33,575 nt of DNA from assembly GCA_964643805.1 (NCBI GenBank), contig CAZXUD010000001.1:9147-42721 (forward strand), in the 5' to 3' direction. The notes beneath the pieces were generated by a model. It ran no database searches. It was not told the origin of the DNA and was given only the letters and a program-made list of their open reading frames with translations. Origin of the DNA: an uncultured Candidatus Peribacteria bacterium. GTDB taxonomy: Bacteria; Patescibacteriota; Gracilibacteria; Peribacterales; Peribacteraceae. The number at the start of each line of letters is the position of its first letter. The stretch's first letter is position 1. Made by a program: the position numbers and the translations under genes. Below, piece after piece: positions 18,275 through 25,247 of this stretch.

Positions 18275-18606
18275 GAGTCAGATTTGGGAGTAGCGTCCTT
18301 CTCCTCTTGGCTCTTCTCTTGCTTCGTGAGGGTACCAAGGCCCGCTTCTTCTTGAATTTCGCTGACACGCGGTGCGTGCTGAACGATTTCCGTTACTTTG
18401 AATCGCTTGTTCTTACTGAGCGGTCGGCATTCACTAATGATCACTAGATCGCCTTCGTATACGTCTTGTCCGTTCGTGTCCGCCATGAATTTTTTGCTGC
18501 GGCGGAACCGTTTGCCGTACACCGGGTGGTTCATGTATGCGTGCACCGTCACAACAACAGTGTTCTGCATTTTGGCCGATGTGATGACACCTTTCTTGGT
18601 TCTCAT
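18271..18606 (-). CDS. rpsQ: 30S ribosomal protein S17
   Basis: [41 protein letters not shown]...[20 protein letters not shown]. Confidence 0.96.
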   Translation of the reverse strand: MRTKKGVITSAKMQNTVVVTVHAYMNHPVYGKRFRRSKKFMADTNGQDVYEGDLVIISECRPLSKNKRFKVTEIVQHAPRVSEIQEEAGLGTLTKQEKSQEEKDATPKSDS

Positions 18607-18839
18607 GAGGCTTTTTGGGAAACGGTTTTCTTTTCGGAACTCAATTTTTGGGTCAGGACAGTGAGGATGCGAGCGAGCTGTTTCTTTTCGCGTTGGTAGT
18701 CAGCACTGTTCTTTTCTTTACCCAGCTTCACGCCCATGCGGAGTTTGACGACGGCATCACGTTGCGTGCGTGCTTCCTTGCTTAGGTCTTGCACGGTCAT
18801 CTTATTCAGTTCGCCGACAGTCGTGAGGTTGTGAGCCAT
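18603..18839 (-). CDS. rpmC: 50S ribosomal protein L29
   Basis: The position between rplP and rpsQ, the helical Lys/Gln-rich 78-aa product (ELNKMTVQDLSKEARTQRDAVVKLRM) and the ATGA overlaps all fit L29. Confidence 0.9.
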   Translation of the reverse strand: MAHNLTTVGELNKMTVQDLSKEARTQRDAVVKLRMGVKLGKEKNSADYQREKKQLARILTVLTQKLSSEKKTVSQKAS

Positions 18840-19258
18840 TATCGGATGATGCTGGTAACAATCTTGGTCTTAATCGGTAGCTTGTAACTGGCCAGACGCA
18901 ACGCGCTGCGCGCTGCTTCTTCGGTCAAGCCACCCATTTCGAAGATGACGGTCCCCTGCTTCACCACAACCGCAAACAATTCAGGGTTACCTTTTCCCGA
19001 GCCCATCGGTACCTCAGCGGCTTTCTTCGTAATTGGGCGATCAGGGTAAATGCGAATCCACACCTTTCCGCCACGAGCGACTGCGTGCGTCATAGCGCGG
19101 CGAGCCGCTTCTATTTGGCGTGCGGTAAGCTCACCCGTCGTCGCAGCTTTGAGGCCAACGGAGCCAAACGCGAGCGTGTGCCCACGGTAGGCCTTGCCTT
19201 TAAAGCTACCGCGCAGGCGGTGATGCTTTCGGTGTTTTAATTTCTTAGGTTCTAACAT
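18839..19258 (-). CDS. rplP: 50S ribosomal protein L16
   Basis: MLEPKKLKHRKHHRLRGSFKGKAYRGHTLAFGSVGLKA...QIEAARRAMTHAVARGGKVWIRIYPD. Confidence 0.97.
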   Translation of the reverse strand: MLEPKKLKHRKHHRLRGSFKGKAYRGHTLAFGSVGLKAATTGELTARQIEAARRAMTHAVARGGKVWIRIYPDRPITKKAAEVPMGSGKGNPELFAVVVKQGTVIFEMGGLTEEAARSALRLASYKLPIKTKIVTSIIR

Positions 19259-19260
19259 GA

Positions 19261-19929
19261 TTAGGAATCCTTACGGAGGGAAGCGGACTGAATGTCCTTC
19301 AAGTTTTTAAACACCATTCCTTTGTAGACCCACACCTGAACCCCAATGGTTCCGAAGGTGGTAACAGCGTGACGGACGGCGAATTGCACGTCGGCACGTA
19401 AGGTCTGCAAGGGGACGTTGCCTTCTTTAAAGGAGTCTCTGCGTGCAATTTCTGCACCATTCAAACGACCAGAGAGGCGGATTTTGACCCCCTTCGCACC
19501 AGCTTGCATGGCTTTCTCCATCGCCATTTTAGCGGCGCGTCGGTATGGCATGCGGCGCTGAATTTGACCTTGGATATTTTCGGCAATGACTTCTGCGTCA
19601 GCGTCTGGGTTACGAACTTCTTGAATGTTGACTTCGAAGTTGCCACCGAACTTACGTTCTAATTCTTTGCGAAGTTCTTCGATAGCGGCACCTTGTTTAC
19701 CGATGATAACGCCAGGCTTGCTGGTATGGATGGTAATGTTGGTGCGCTTATCGCGAACAAGTGTGACGCTGCTGATACCTGCATCACCAAGTTTCTCTTT
19801 AAGGAATAAGCGAATTTCAATGTCTTGCTTCAACAAGTCACGGTACTTATGACCCTTTGCAAACCACGTGCTAGGCCACGTGCGAATGACGCCGAGTCGA
19901 AAGCCGATGGGATTCACTTTTTGACCCAT
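19261..19929 (-). CDS. rpsC: 30S ribosomal protein S3
   Basis: MGQKVNPIGFRLGVIRTWPSTWFA...KPGVIIGKQGAAIEELRKEL...GRLNGAEIAR. Confidence 0.98.
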   Translation of the reverse strand: MGQKVNPIGFRLGVIRTWPSTWFAKGHKYRDLLKQDIEIRLFLKEKLGDAGISSVTLVRDKRTNITIHTSKPGVIIGKQGAAIEELRKELERKFGGNFEVNIQEVRNPDADAEVIAENIQGQIQRRMPYRRAAKMAMEKAMQAGAKGVKIRLSGRLNGAEIARRDSFKEGNVPLQTLRADVQFAVRHAVTTFGTIGVQVWVYKGMVFKNLKDIQSASLRKDS

Positions 19930-19931
19930 AG

Positions 19932-20447
19932 TTATTTAGAAGAGGAAGACTTTTTTCCTTTGGAACCAGTGGAAGGCTTGCTGGCCTTTGCTTTGCTACG
20001 CAAAGCTGAGGCGGAGGCGGAGGTATCTTTCGACCCACCGCGTGCGCTCTTCATAGCTTTTATAGCAGAGTGAGCGGCTGCCTTGGAAGCAGTTTCCTGT
20101 TGTTTTTCTGAATCTGCTGCGCCGGCGACGCCGAGTGTGAGTTCAATGTGACTCAAGAATTTACGCATTGGACGAACACGACCACGCGCCATTGGCACAC
20201 CACGGTGATACGTCTGTGCCTTATTCACCATGAGCGTTTTGATGACCAGGTCTCCCCTGCTCTGCTTCTCGTTGAATTCAGCATTCGCCACGGCACTCAT
20301 AAGAAGTTTGAGGATGATGCGAGCAGCCGTCTTGTTCGTGCGCTCCAAGGTTTGAATCGCCTCGGGCACGGTCTGACCGCGCACCATACCTGCAACCAGG
20401 TTGGCTTTCTTAGGGGCGATGCGGACAGCGCGGAGATAGGCTTTCAT
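19932..20447 (-). CDS. rplV: 50S ribosomal protein L22 with a Ser/Lys/Ala-rich C-terminal extension
   Basis: MKAYLRAVRIAPKKANLVAGMVRGQTVPEAIQTLERTNKTAARIILKLLMSAVANAE...RGRVRPMRKFLSHIELTL, followed by an ~55-aa tail. Confidence 0.95.
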   Translation of the reverse strand: MKAYLRAVRIAPKKANLVAGMVRGQTVPEAIQTLERTNKTAARIILKLLMSAVANAEFNEKQSRGDLVIKTLMVNKAQTYHRGVPMARGRVRPMRKFLSHIELTLGVAGAADSEKQQETASKAAAHSAIKAMKSARGGSKDTSASASALRSKAKASKPSTGSKGKKSSSSK

Positions 20448-20468
20448 GGCTTAGGAGTAAAAAGAGAA

Positions 20469-20819
20469 TTAAGCGGCTGGTTTGGGAGCAGGTGCTGCAC
20501 CACCGGGAGCTCCACCTGGAGCACCTGGTGCGCCACCGGGGCCTTTGACTGGTTCAGCCAATTTGCCACCGTGACCCTTAAATTTCGTTGTCCAAGAGAA
20601 TTCACCTAACTTGTGACCCACCATCTGTTCCGTTACGTAGACCGGTAGGAATTCTTTACCGTTGTGAACAGCGAAGGTGAAGCCCACAAATTCAGGTGGA
20701 ATATCGCAGTCACGCTCCCAGGTCTTTATGATCTGCTTATTGCCTGACTCCACCATCTTCATCACTTTTTTCAGAAGACGAGGGTCAATGTGGGGGCCTT
20801 TGCGGAGTGAGCGAGACAG
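20469..20819 (-). CDS. rpsS: 30S ribosomal protein S19. The conserved N-terminus lies upstream of any ATG/GTG/TTG, so the proposed start is CTG at 20819
   Basis: The ORF track starts at GTG 20765 ([16 protein letters not shown]...). The same frame upstream encodes (L)[17 protein letters not shown], the canonical S19 N-terminus. The only codon at the expected Met position is CTG (20819-20817). An in-frame ATT (20834-20832) overlaps the rplB TAA by 1 nt. The core ...[26 protein letters not shown] is unambiguous. Confidence 0.85.
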   Translation of the reverse strand: MSRSLRKGPHIDPRLLKKVMKMVESGNKQIIKTWERDCDIPPEFVGFTFAVHNGKEFLPVYVTEQMVGHKLGEFSWTTKFKGHGGKLAEPVKGPGGAPGAPGGAPGGAAPAPKPAA

Positions 20820-20833
20820 AAGAAGGAAAGGAA

Positions 20834-21682
20834 TTAACGCTTACGGCGTTTACGAATACGAGCGCGAATAATGAGCGTGCTAGATTTACGCTTGCGGCGT
20901 GTCTTCACGCCGAGTGCCTTTTTACCCCAAGGCGTCTTTGGACTCTTAAGACCAATTGGTGAGTGACCTTCTCCTCCTCCGTGTGGGTGGTCCACCGCGT
21001 TCATAGACTTACCAAGCACTTGTGGGCGACGACCCAGCCAACGCTGACGACCAGCCTTACCAATTTTAATCAAACTGTGGTCGGTGTTACTCAAGCTACC
21101 GATGGATGCGTAACACTGCTTGCGAATCTTGCGCACTTCGCCGCTTGGCATTTGGATGATGGCGTAGACGTCATCGAAACCAACCAACGTAGCGAATGTA
21201 CCAGCGCTGCGAACAAGTGCACCGCCTTTTCCAACAGTGAGTTCCACGTTGTGGATTTTGTAACCCGTTGGAATGTACTGCAATTGCATGCGGTTACCGG
21301 TGCGCACTTTGGTGCGTTCGGCACAGACAACACCATCGCCTGCTTTCAAACCTTCTGGTGCAAGCACGTAGCGCTTTTCACCATCAACGTATTGCACTAA
21401 AGCAATACGAGTGGTGCGGTTTGGATCGTACTCAATGCCGACAATCTTGCCTGGTACACCAGCTTTATCGGTCTGTTTGAAATCGATGATGCGGTAGCGA
21501 CGCTTGTGTCCGCCGCCACGGTGGCGCACGGTCACACGTCCGCTGCTTGCGCTGCGGCCAGCCATACTCTTTTTGCCTTCGGTCAGACTCTTCACCGGCT
21601 TCGCCTTCGTGAGGTCAGAGAAGTCGGCGATCGTCATGCGACGTCGTCCGGGAGTCGTTGGTCGTGGCTTCTTAATTGGCAT
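20834..21682 (-). CDS. rplB: 50S ribosomal protein L2
   Basis: [17 protein letters not shown]...[16 protein letters not shown]...[18 protein letters not shown]. Confidence 0.98.
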   Translation of the reverse strand: MPIKKPRPTTPGRRRMTIADFSDLTKAKPVKSLTEGKKSMAGRSASSGRVTVRHRGGGHKRRYRIIDFKQTDKAGVPGKIVGIEYDPNRTTRIALVQYVDGEKRYVLAPEGLKAGDGVVCAERTKVRTGNRMQLQYIPTGYKIHNVELTVGKGGALVRSAGTFATLVGFDDVYAIIQMPSGEVRKIRKQCYASIGSLSNTDHSLIKIGKAGRQRWLGRRPQVLGKSMNAVDHPHGGGEGHSPIGLKSPKTPWGKKALGVKTRRKRKSSTLIIRARIRKRRKR

Positions 21683-21684
21683 GA

Positions 21685-21984
21685 TTAGCGGTTCTTAAAG
21701 GAAGTTAAGTCAACGTTCTTAGCTTTGTCGGTTAAGGTCACAATCGCCTTCTTCGCGCGGTGGCGCTTCTCCATCGTTTTATTCTGTCCGAAGGAACGCA
21801 CTTTGGCGCGTGTCCAAATAATGCGTACCGAACGGACATCAACATCGTAGAATTTCTTGAAGGCGTTCTTCACATCTACTTTTGTCGCCTCCGGTGCCAC
21901 CGTCACGGTGTACACCTTGGCATTCTTCAGCGCTTCCGCCTTTTCCGTAACGACGGGGCCGATGATAACGCGAGAGATTTCCAT
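21685..21984 (-). CDS. rplW: 50S ribosomal protein L23
   Basis: VIIGPVVTEKAEALKNAKVYTVTVAPEATKVDVKNAFKKFYDVDVRSVRI. Canonical position. Confidence 0.95.
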   Translation of the reverse strand: MEISRVIIGPVVTEKAEALKNAKVYTVTVAPEATKVDVKNAFKKFYDVDVRSVRIIWTRAKVRSFGQNKTMEKRHRAKKAIVTLTDKAKNVDLTSFKNR

Positions 21985-22739
21985 TATTTAGAGGCTTTAG
22001 AAGTTTTCTTAACTTTGGCTTTGGTAGCAGTTTTTGGCTTCTTAGCGGCTTTTGGAGCGGCACCTTCTGCCTTCACTTCTTCAGGTTTTACACGCTCCTT
22101 CTTCTGCTTTTTCTTACCGAAGACTTCTTCTGCTTTCTTAATTGCATCAACGAGGAACACGATGTGTTTTGCGCCGAGCACATCAATTGGATTGAGGTAC
22201 GGTGCCGTAATAGTTTTCACATTGTGAATGTTGCGAGCCGAGAGACTAACACCTTGGTGCTTGTCCGCCGTGACGATGAGAATGCGGCGACCAAGTTCGA
22301 CTGGCAACTTTGTAAGCAGTGCATTCATCTGCTTTGTTTTCACATCGGTTGGATAATTTTCCAAAGCAATAATTGCGCCCTGCTTCGCTTGCAAAGAGAG
22401 ACAAGCGACAAGCGCAGCACGACGCATTTGCTGTGGCATATCTAATTCGTAGTTTCGAACGCTGCGTGGACCGAAGGCTTTTCCACCGCCGCGCATGAGT
22501 GGCGAACGGATGGAGCCACGGCGAGCGCGGCCAGTCCCCTTCTGTTGGAACAACTTACGAGTAGAGCCACTCACTTCAGCACGCGTCTTCGCGTGTGAGA
22601 TTGGGTGGCGCGCATTCGCCTGTTGGCGAATCACTGCCTGGTGCATGAGACCTTGATTAATAACGCCTTCGAACAGCGCTGCAGGCAACGTTGCCGTGCC
22701 TTTCTTAGTGCCAGTGGCGGTAAACAGGTCGATATTCAT
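21984..22739 (-). CDS. rplD: 50S ribosomal protein L4 with a Lys-rich C-terminal extension
   Basis: QKGTGRARRGSIRSPLMRGGGKAFGPRS..., then an ~45-aa tail KKKQKKERVKPEEVKAEGAAPKAAKKPKTATKAKVKKTSKASK. Confidence 0.96.
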   Translation of the reverse strand: MNIDLFTATGTKKGTATLPAALFEGVINQGLMHQAVIRQQANARHPISHAKTRAEVSGSTRKLFQQKGTGRARRGSIRSPLMRGGGKAFGPRSVRNYELDMPQQMRRAALVACLSLQAKQGAIIALENYPTDVKTKQMNALLTKLPVELGRRILIVTADKHQGVSLSARNIHNVKTITAPYLNPIDVLGAKHIVFLVDAIKKAEEVFGKKKQKKERVKPEEVKAEGAAPKAAKKPKTATKAKVKKTSKASK

Positions 22740-22741
22740 GG

Positions 22742-23470
22742 TTAGGCTTGTGGAGCGGTAGATTCAGGAGCGGCTTCTTCTTTTGGAGCTTCGACTACAG
22801 GTGTTTCAACAGGGGCTTCTGCAGCTGGTGCTTCTACTGCACCACCAAAGAGGCTGTTTACATCAAATCCTTCTGGCCACGTTTCTACAGTTACGTAGAC
22901 CGTGGCACCGTTTGGTCCTGGGACTGGTCCTTTAATAGCAATTACACCAGCAGCCACATCACTCACCAAAACAGCACAACCACGCTTGGTGATTGTGTCC
23001 TTACCCATGTGCCCTGGCATGCGCTTACCTGGAACAATGCGTCCTGGATGTTCACGCATACCTACGGAACCTGGTTCACGATGGAAGTGGGAACCGTGGC
23101 TTCCGGGACCGCCCGCCATGTGGTGACGCTTTATAACACCTTGGAAACCTTTTCCTTTGCTAGTTCCGGTGATGGTAACCACGCTGTCCTTTGGCACAAG
23201 AGCGCAGGTCAGCTGACTACCAGTTGGGACGTTGATATTTTCCACGCGCCACTCCTTTTGAGTGCGGTAGCGGAGGTGCTCCTTCCCTTTGCGTGTCTTT
23301 AAGACATTCGACTTGGTACCAAGCACGAGGGCGTTGTAACCGTCCTTCTCCGTCGTCTTTGCGCGGACCACCGTATTTGGCTCTACCCTTAAATAGGTCA
23401 CAGGCACGCTATCCCCATTTGCAAGGAATACACGCGACATGCCGACTTTGGTAGCAATAAGACCGTTCAT
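22742..23470 (-). CDS. rplC: 50S ribosomal protein L3
   Basis: MNGLIATKVGMSRVF...GTSKGKGFQGVIKRHHMAGGPGSHGSHFHREPGSVG. The ATG at 23470 is the canonical start, so the ORF-track 33-aa upstream extension is leader sequence. Confidence 0.96.
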   Translation of the reverse strand: MNGLIATKVGMSRVFLANGDSVPVTYLRVEPNTVVRAKTTEKDGYNALVLGTKSNVLKTRKGKEHLRYRTQKEWRVENINVPTGSQLTCALVPKDSVVTITGTSKGKGFQGVIKRHHMAGGPGSHGSHFHREPGSVGMREHPGRIVPGKRMPGHMGKDTITKRGCAVLVSDVAAGVIAIKGPVPGPNGATVYVTVETWPEGFDVNSLFGGAVEAPAAEAPVETPVVEAPKEEAAPESTAPQA

Positions 23471-23611
23471 AGAATGCGAGGGCTTTTGGCCCAAATAAGC
23501 CTGGAGGTTCCTCTGGCACGCTTGTTTACCAAGGTAAAGGCGCGCTAGAACACAAGCCTCAGTCCACAACTATCCCGCTTATCGGGAGAAATGGAGTGAA
23601 GAAGTGCGGCG

Positions 23612-23640
23612 ACTTTAAGGATGAAGCCGCGATGCGTCAA
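23612..23640 (-). promoter_or_regulatory. Candidate promoter of the rplC-led ribosomal operon
   Basis: On the minus strand: TTGACG (23640-23635), 17 nt, TAAAGT (23617-23612). This implies an ~135-nt 5' leader before the rplC ATG. Confidence 0.35.
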
Positions 23641-23906
23641 TAATTTTGTCAGTAATTCCAGATCCGAACCAACTGACCGATAGTTGAGCACTCAATGATT
23701 CTCAGTTCTATGATATTAGGAATATGAAAAAAATGTTGTTGGTGTTTGTTTGACCGGGAATAAAGAGCAATTTTGCGAAGGCCGAACCTTCGCGACAATA
23801 CTTACGACGAGATCCCTTTCAGTTTCTTACGTCAAAATGACCAATAGAGTTGATGTAATTGGAAGCTATTGCTTAGTGCTAATTCGAGGGGTATACCTAA
23901 CACAAG

Positions 23907-24326
23907 TTGAGTATCGCATATCCGACTCAGGGAGTACTTCGTAAACCGCCAAGCCGTCAGCTAAGCATTGCCCAAGAGCGCATTGCCAATGAGCAATTGC
24001 TTTTAATTAAGCTAGAGAACGAACAACGTTTTCGGGATATTTTTAATAAAATCGCCCAAGCTGCGGAACAGTTGGATTCGGTGCCAAATTTATCCTCTGA
24101 GAAAAGACTCGAAGGCGAGCGCCTTTCCGGTTTGGTGTTAAAAGCCGCACAGGAAAAGGACACACCAACCCTCGATAATCTGTATGCGGAGTATCAACAC
24201 TTGATAAAAACCGCGACTCCACAAGAGGCTGCGGTTGCAACCGCAATCCTGAATGACCGACGTTCTGCATTCCAAAAACTAAAACAGTTTTTTATGGGTA
24301 CGCCTACCGCGAACGGTACAACGTAA
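23907..24326 (+). CDS. Hypothetical protein (139 aa, helical Q/E/L-rich); uncertain gene
   Basis: The only available start is TTG. The 3' end overlaps the convergent 24304 gene by 23 nt. There is a weak promoter-like TTGCTT-17-TATACC at 23869-23897. Confidence 0.35.
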   Translation: MSIAYPTQGVLRKPPSRQLSIAQERIANEQLLLIKLENEQRFRDIFNKIAQAAEQLDSVPNLSSEKRLEGERLSGLVLKAAQEKDTPTLDNLYAEYQHLIKTATPQEAAVATAILNDRRSAFQKLKQFFMGTPTANGTT

Positions 24327-24711
24327 AGCTCGACATTAAATTTTTATCGTAATAGATGTACATGGCGTTGTGTTTTAACTGTAAATCAGTCAGTGAACGT
24401 CTCACTTCTCTTTTATCGTTATCGCGAGAAGTAACTTTCCATTCGGCATCGTGTGATGCACTTTGCGAATGAAACAGTGCACTCTTCAATGTGTAACCAT
24501 AATCATAATTAGAGTCGTATCCATTGTTATAACCATAATAACGACCGTTTCCGTAATTCAATCGTGCTGAATATTCATAATAAGGATGTGCTCCGGATGT
24601 ACGAGAATAATCTCCGTAGCGATAATGACCGTAATTATAAGAAGCAACTGCCACCGGAACAGCAGCGGAAAATAATGCAGCAGCGGTGATAGCTAAAAGT
24701 AATTTTTTCAT
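24304..24711 (-). CDS. Small secreted Tyr/Gly/Asn-rich protein
   Basis: Signal peptide MKKLLLAITAAALFSAAVPVAVA. Mature part: SYNYGHYRYGDYSRTSGAHPYYEYSARLNYGNGRYYGYNNGYDSNYDYGY..., then a charged C-terminal half. The start at ATG 24711 is fixed by the promoter position. The ORF-track start at 24750 lies inside the -35 box. Confidence 0.75.
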   Translation of the reverse strand: MKKLLLAITAAALFSAAVPVAVASYNYGHYRYGDYSRTSGAHPYYEYSARLNYGNGRYYGYNNGYDSNYDYGYTLKSALFHSQSASHDAEWKVTSRDNDKREVRRSLTDLQLKHNAMYIYYDKNLMSSFTLYRSR

Positions 24712-24721
24712 AAAGGAACGG

Positions 24722-24750
24722 ATTCTAAGCAGGGTTTTAGGGTATGTCAA
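24722..24750 (-). promoter_or_regulatory. Near-consensus sigma70 promoter
   Basis: On the minus strand: TTGACA (24750-24745), 17 nt, TAGAAT (24727-24722). Only 10 nt separate the -10 from the ATG at 24711, so the mRNA would be leaderless or nearly so. Confidence 0.6.
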
Positions 24751-24780
24751 TTATTCATTACATGAGTTGGAACGGCATAC

Positions 24781-24814
24781 AAAAACGTAGCTGCGGGTTC
24801 CGTCCACAGCTACG
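24781..24814 (-). terminator. Rho-independent terminator after the 24836-25084 gene
   Basis: On the minus strand: CGTAGCTG-(TGGA CGG AAC CCG)-CAGCTACG followed by TTTTTG. This is an 8-bp outer stem plus a 3-bp inner stem, then a T5 run, 21 nt after the stop codon. Confidence 0.6.
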
Positions 24815-24835
24815 TAAGAGGAAGTATGTCTCGGA

Positions 24836-25084
24836 TTAATGCTGATTTACGACGATTGTCGTTGTGGCACTATTTGATGAAGAAACAGTACCGGTAGCAG
24901 AAGAGGAGGAATTCACATTTTTACCGCCAATGATTAAAACAAAATTAGTCACAATCGAAGTGATGCTCGACTGGGCAGAATTTCGTACGCGAATATTCGC
25001 GCTGTTATTTTTTTGAGCTGCAAAGGCTGTAGGAGCCAGGCTCATTAAAAGTGTGGTCGCGGTTGCTAAAGCTATCTTTTTCAT
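24836..25084 (-). CDS. Small secreted Ser/Thr/Asn-rich protein
   Basis: Signal peptide MKKIALATATTLLMSLAPTAFA with an AxA cleavage site. The ~60-aa mature peptide is QKNNSANIRVRNSAQSSITSIVTNFVLIIGGKNVNSSSSATGTVSSSNSATTTIVVNQH. The ATG at 25084 is preferred over 25117. Confidence 0.7.
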   Translation of the reverse strand: MKKIALATATTLLMSLAPTAFAAQKNNSANIRVRNSAQSSITSIVTNFVLIIGGKNVNSSSSATGTVSSSNSATTTIVVNQH

Positions 25085-25247
25085 AAACGCAGGGGCTAAA
25101 GAAATAAAAGGGCGCATTCAGGAGACGCAAGCCTGCTGTTTCCCTTACTGCAATGTGCTAGCTAAAAAGCCATTTCATCGAAGAACTATATTTCAAAGTA
25201 GGCATGGAGCTCTACCGAAGACGTTCTAAGCCCGGTAGTCTGTAGAT

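Noticed and set aside
157-23302. Antisense and out-of-frame ORFs of 60-250 aa inside the kinase, dprA, secY, r-protein and rpoA genes. Examples: 14768-15538 (+), 20148-20609 (+), 21760-22227 (+) and 22748-23302 (+).
   Set aside because: Each is fully embedded in a gene whose product is unambiguously recognisable. The products are low-complexity or Arg/Cys/His-rich, as is typical of antisense translation at about 50% GC.
23471-23569. N-terminal extensions offered by the ORF track for rplC (to 23569), rpsM (to 8791), rpsD (to 7999), rpsN (to 16760), rplO (to 12792), rpsE (to 15216), map (to 10086), the 24304 gene (to 24750) and gene 1 (to 30547).
   Set aside because: The extensions overlap upstream genes or promoter elements, and several begin at GTG or TTG. 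They add non-conserved residues ahead of canonical family N-termini. In each case an internal ATG gives the expected start.
23775-23793. The GCGAAGG-CCGAA-CCTTCGC hairpin considered as an intrinsic terminator.
   Set aside because: No U-tract follows on either strand (plus: GACAATAC; minus: AAAATTGC). It is kept only as an unexplained structure.
23750-23944. 64-aa plus-strand ORF (TTG start) in the rplC upstream region.
   Set aside because: It has a TTG start and overlaps the 23907 ORF in another frame. It spans the hairpin and has no coding-like composition or motif.
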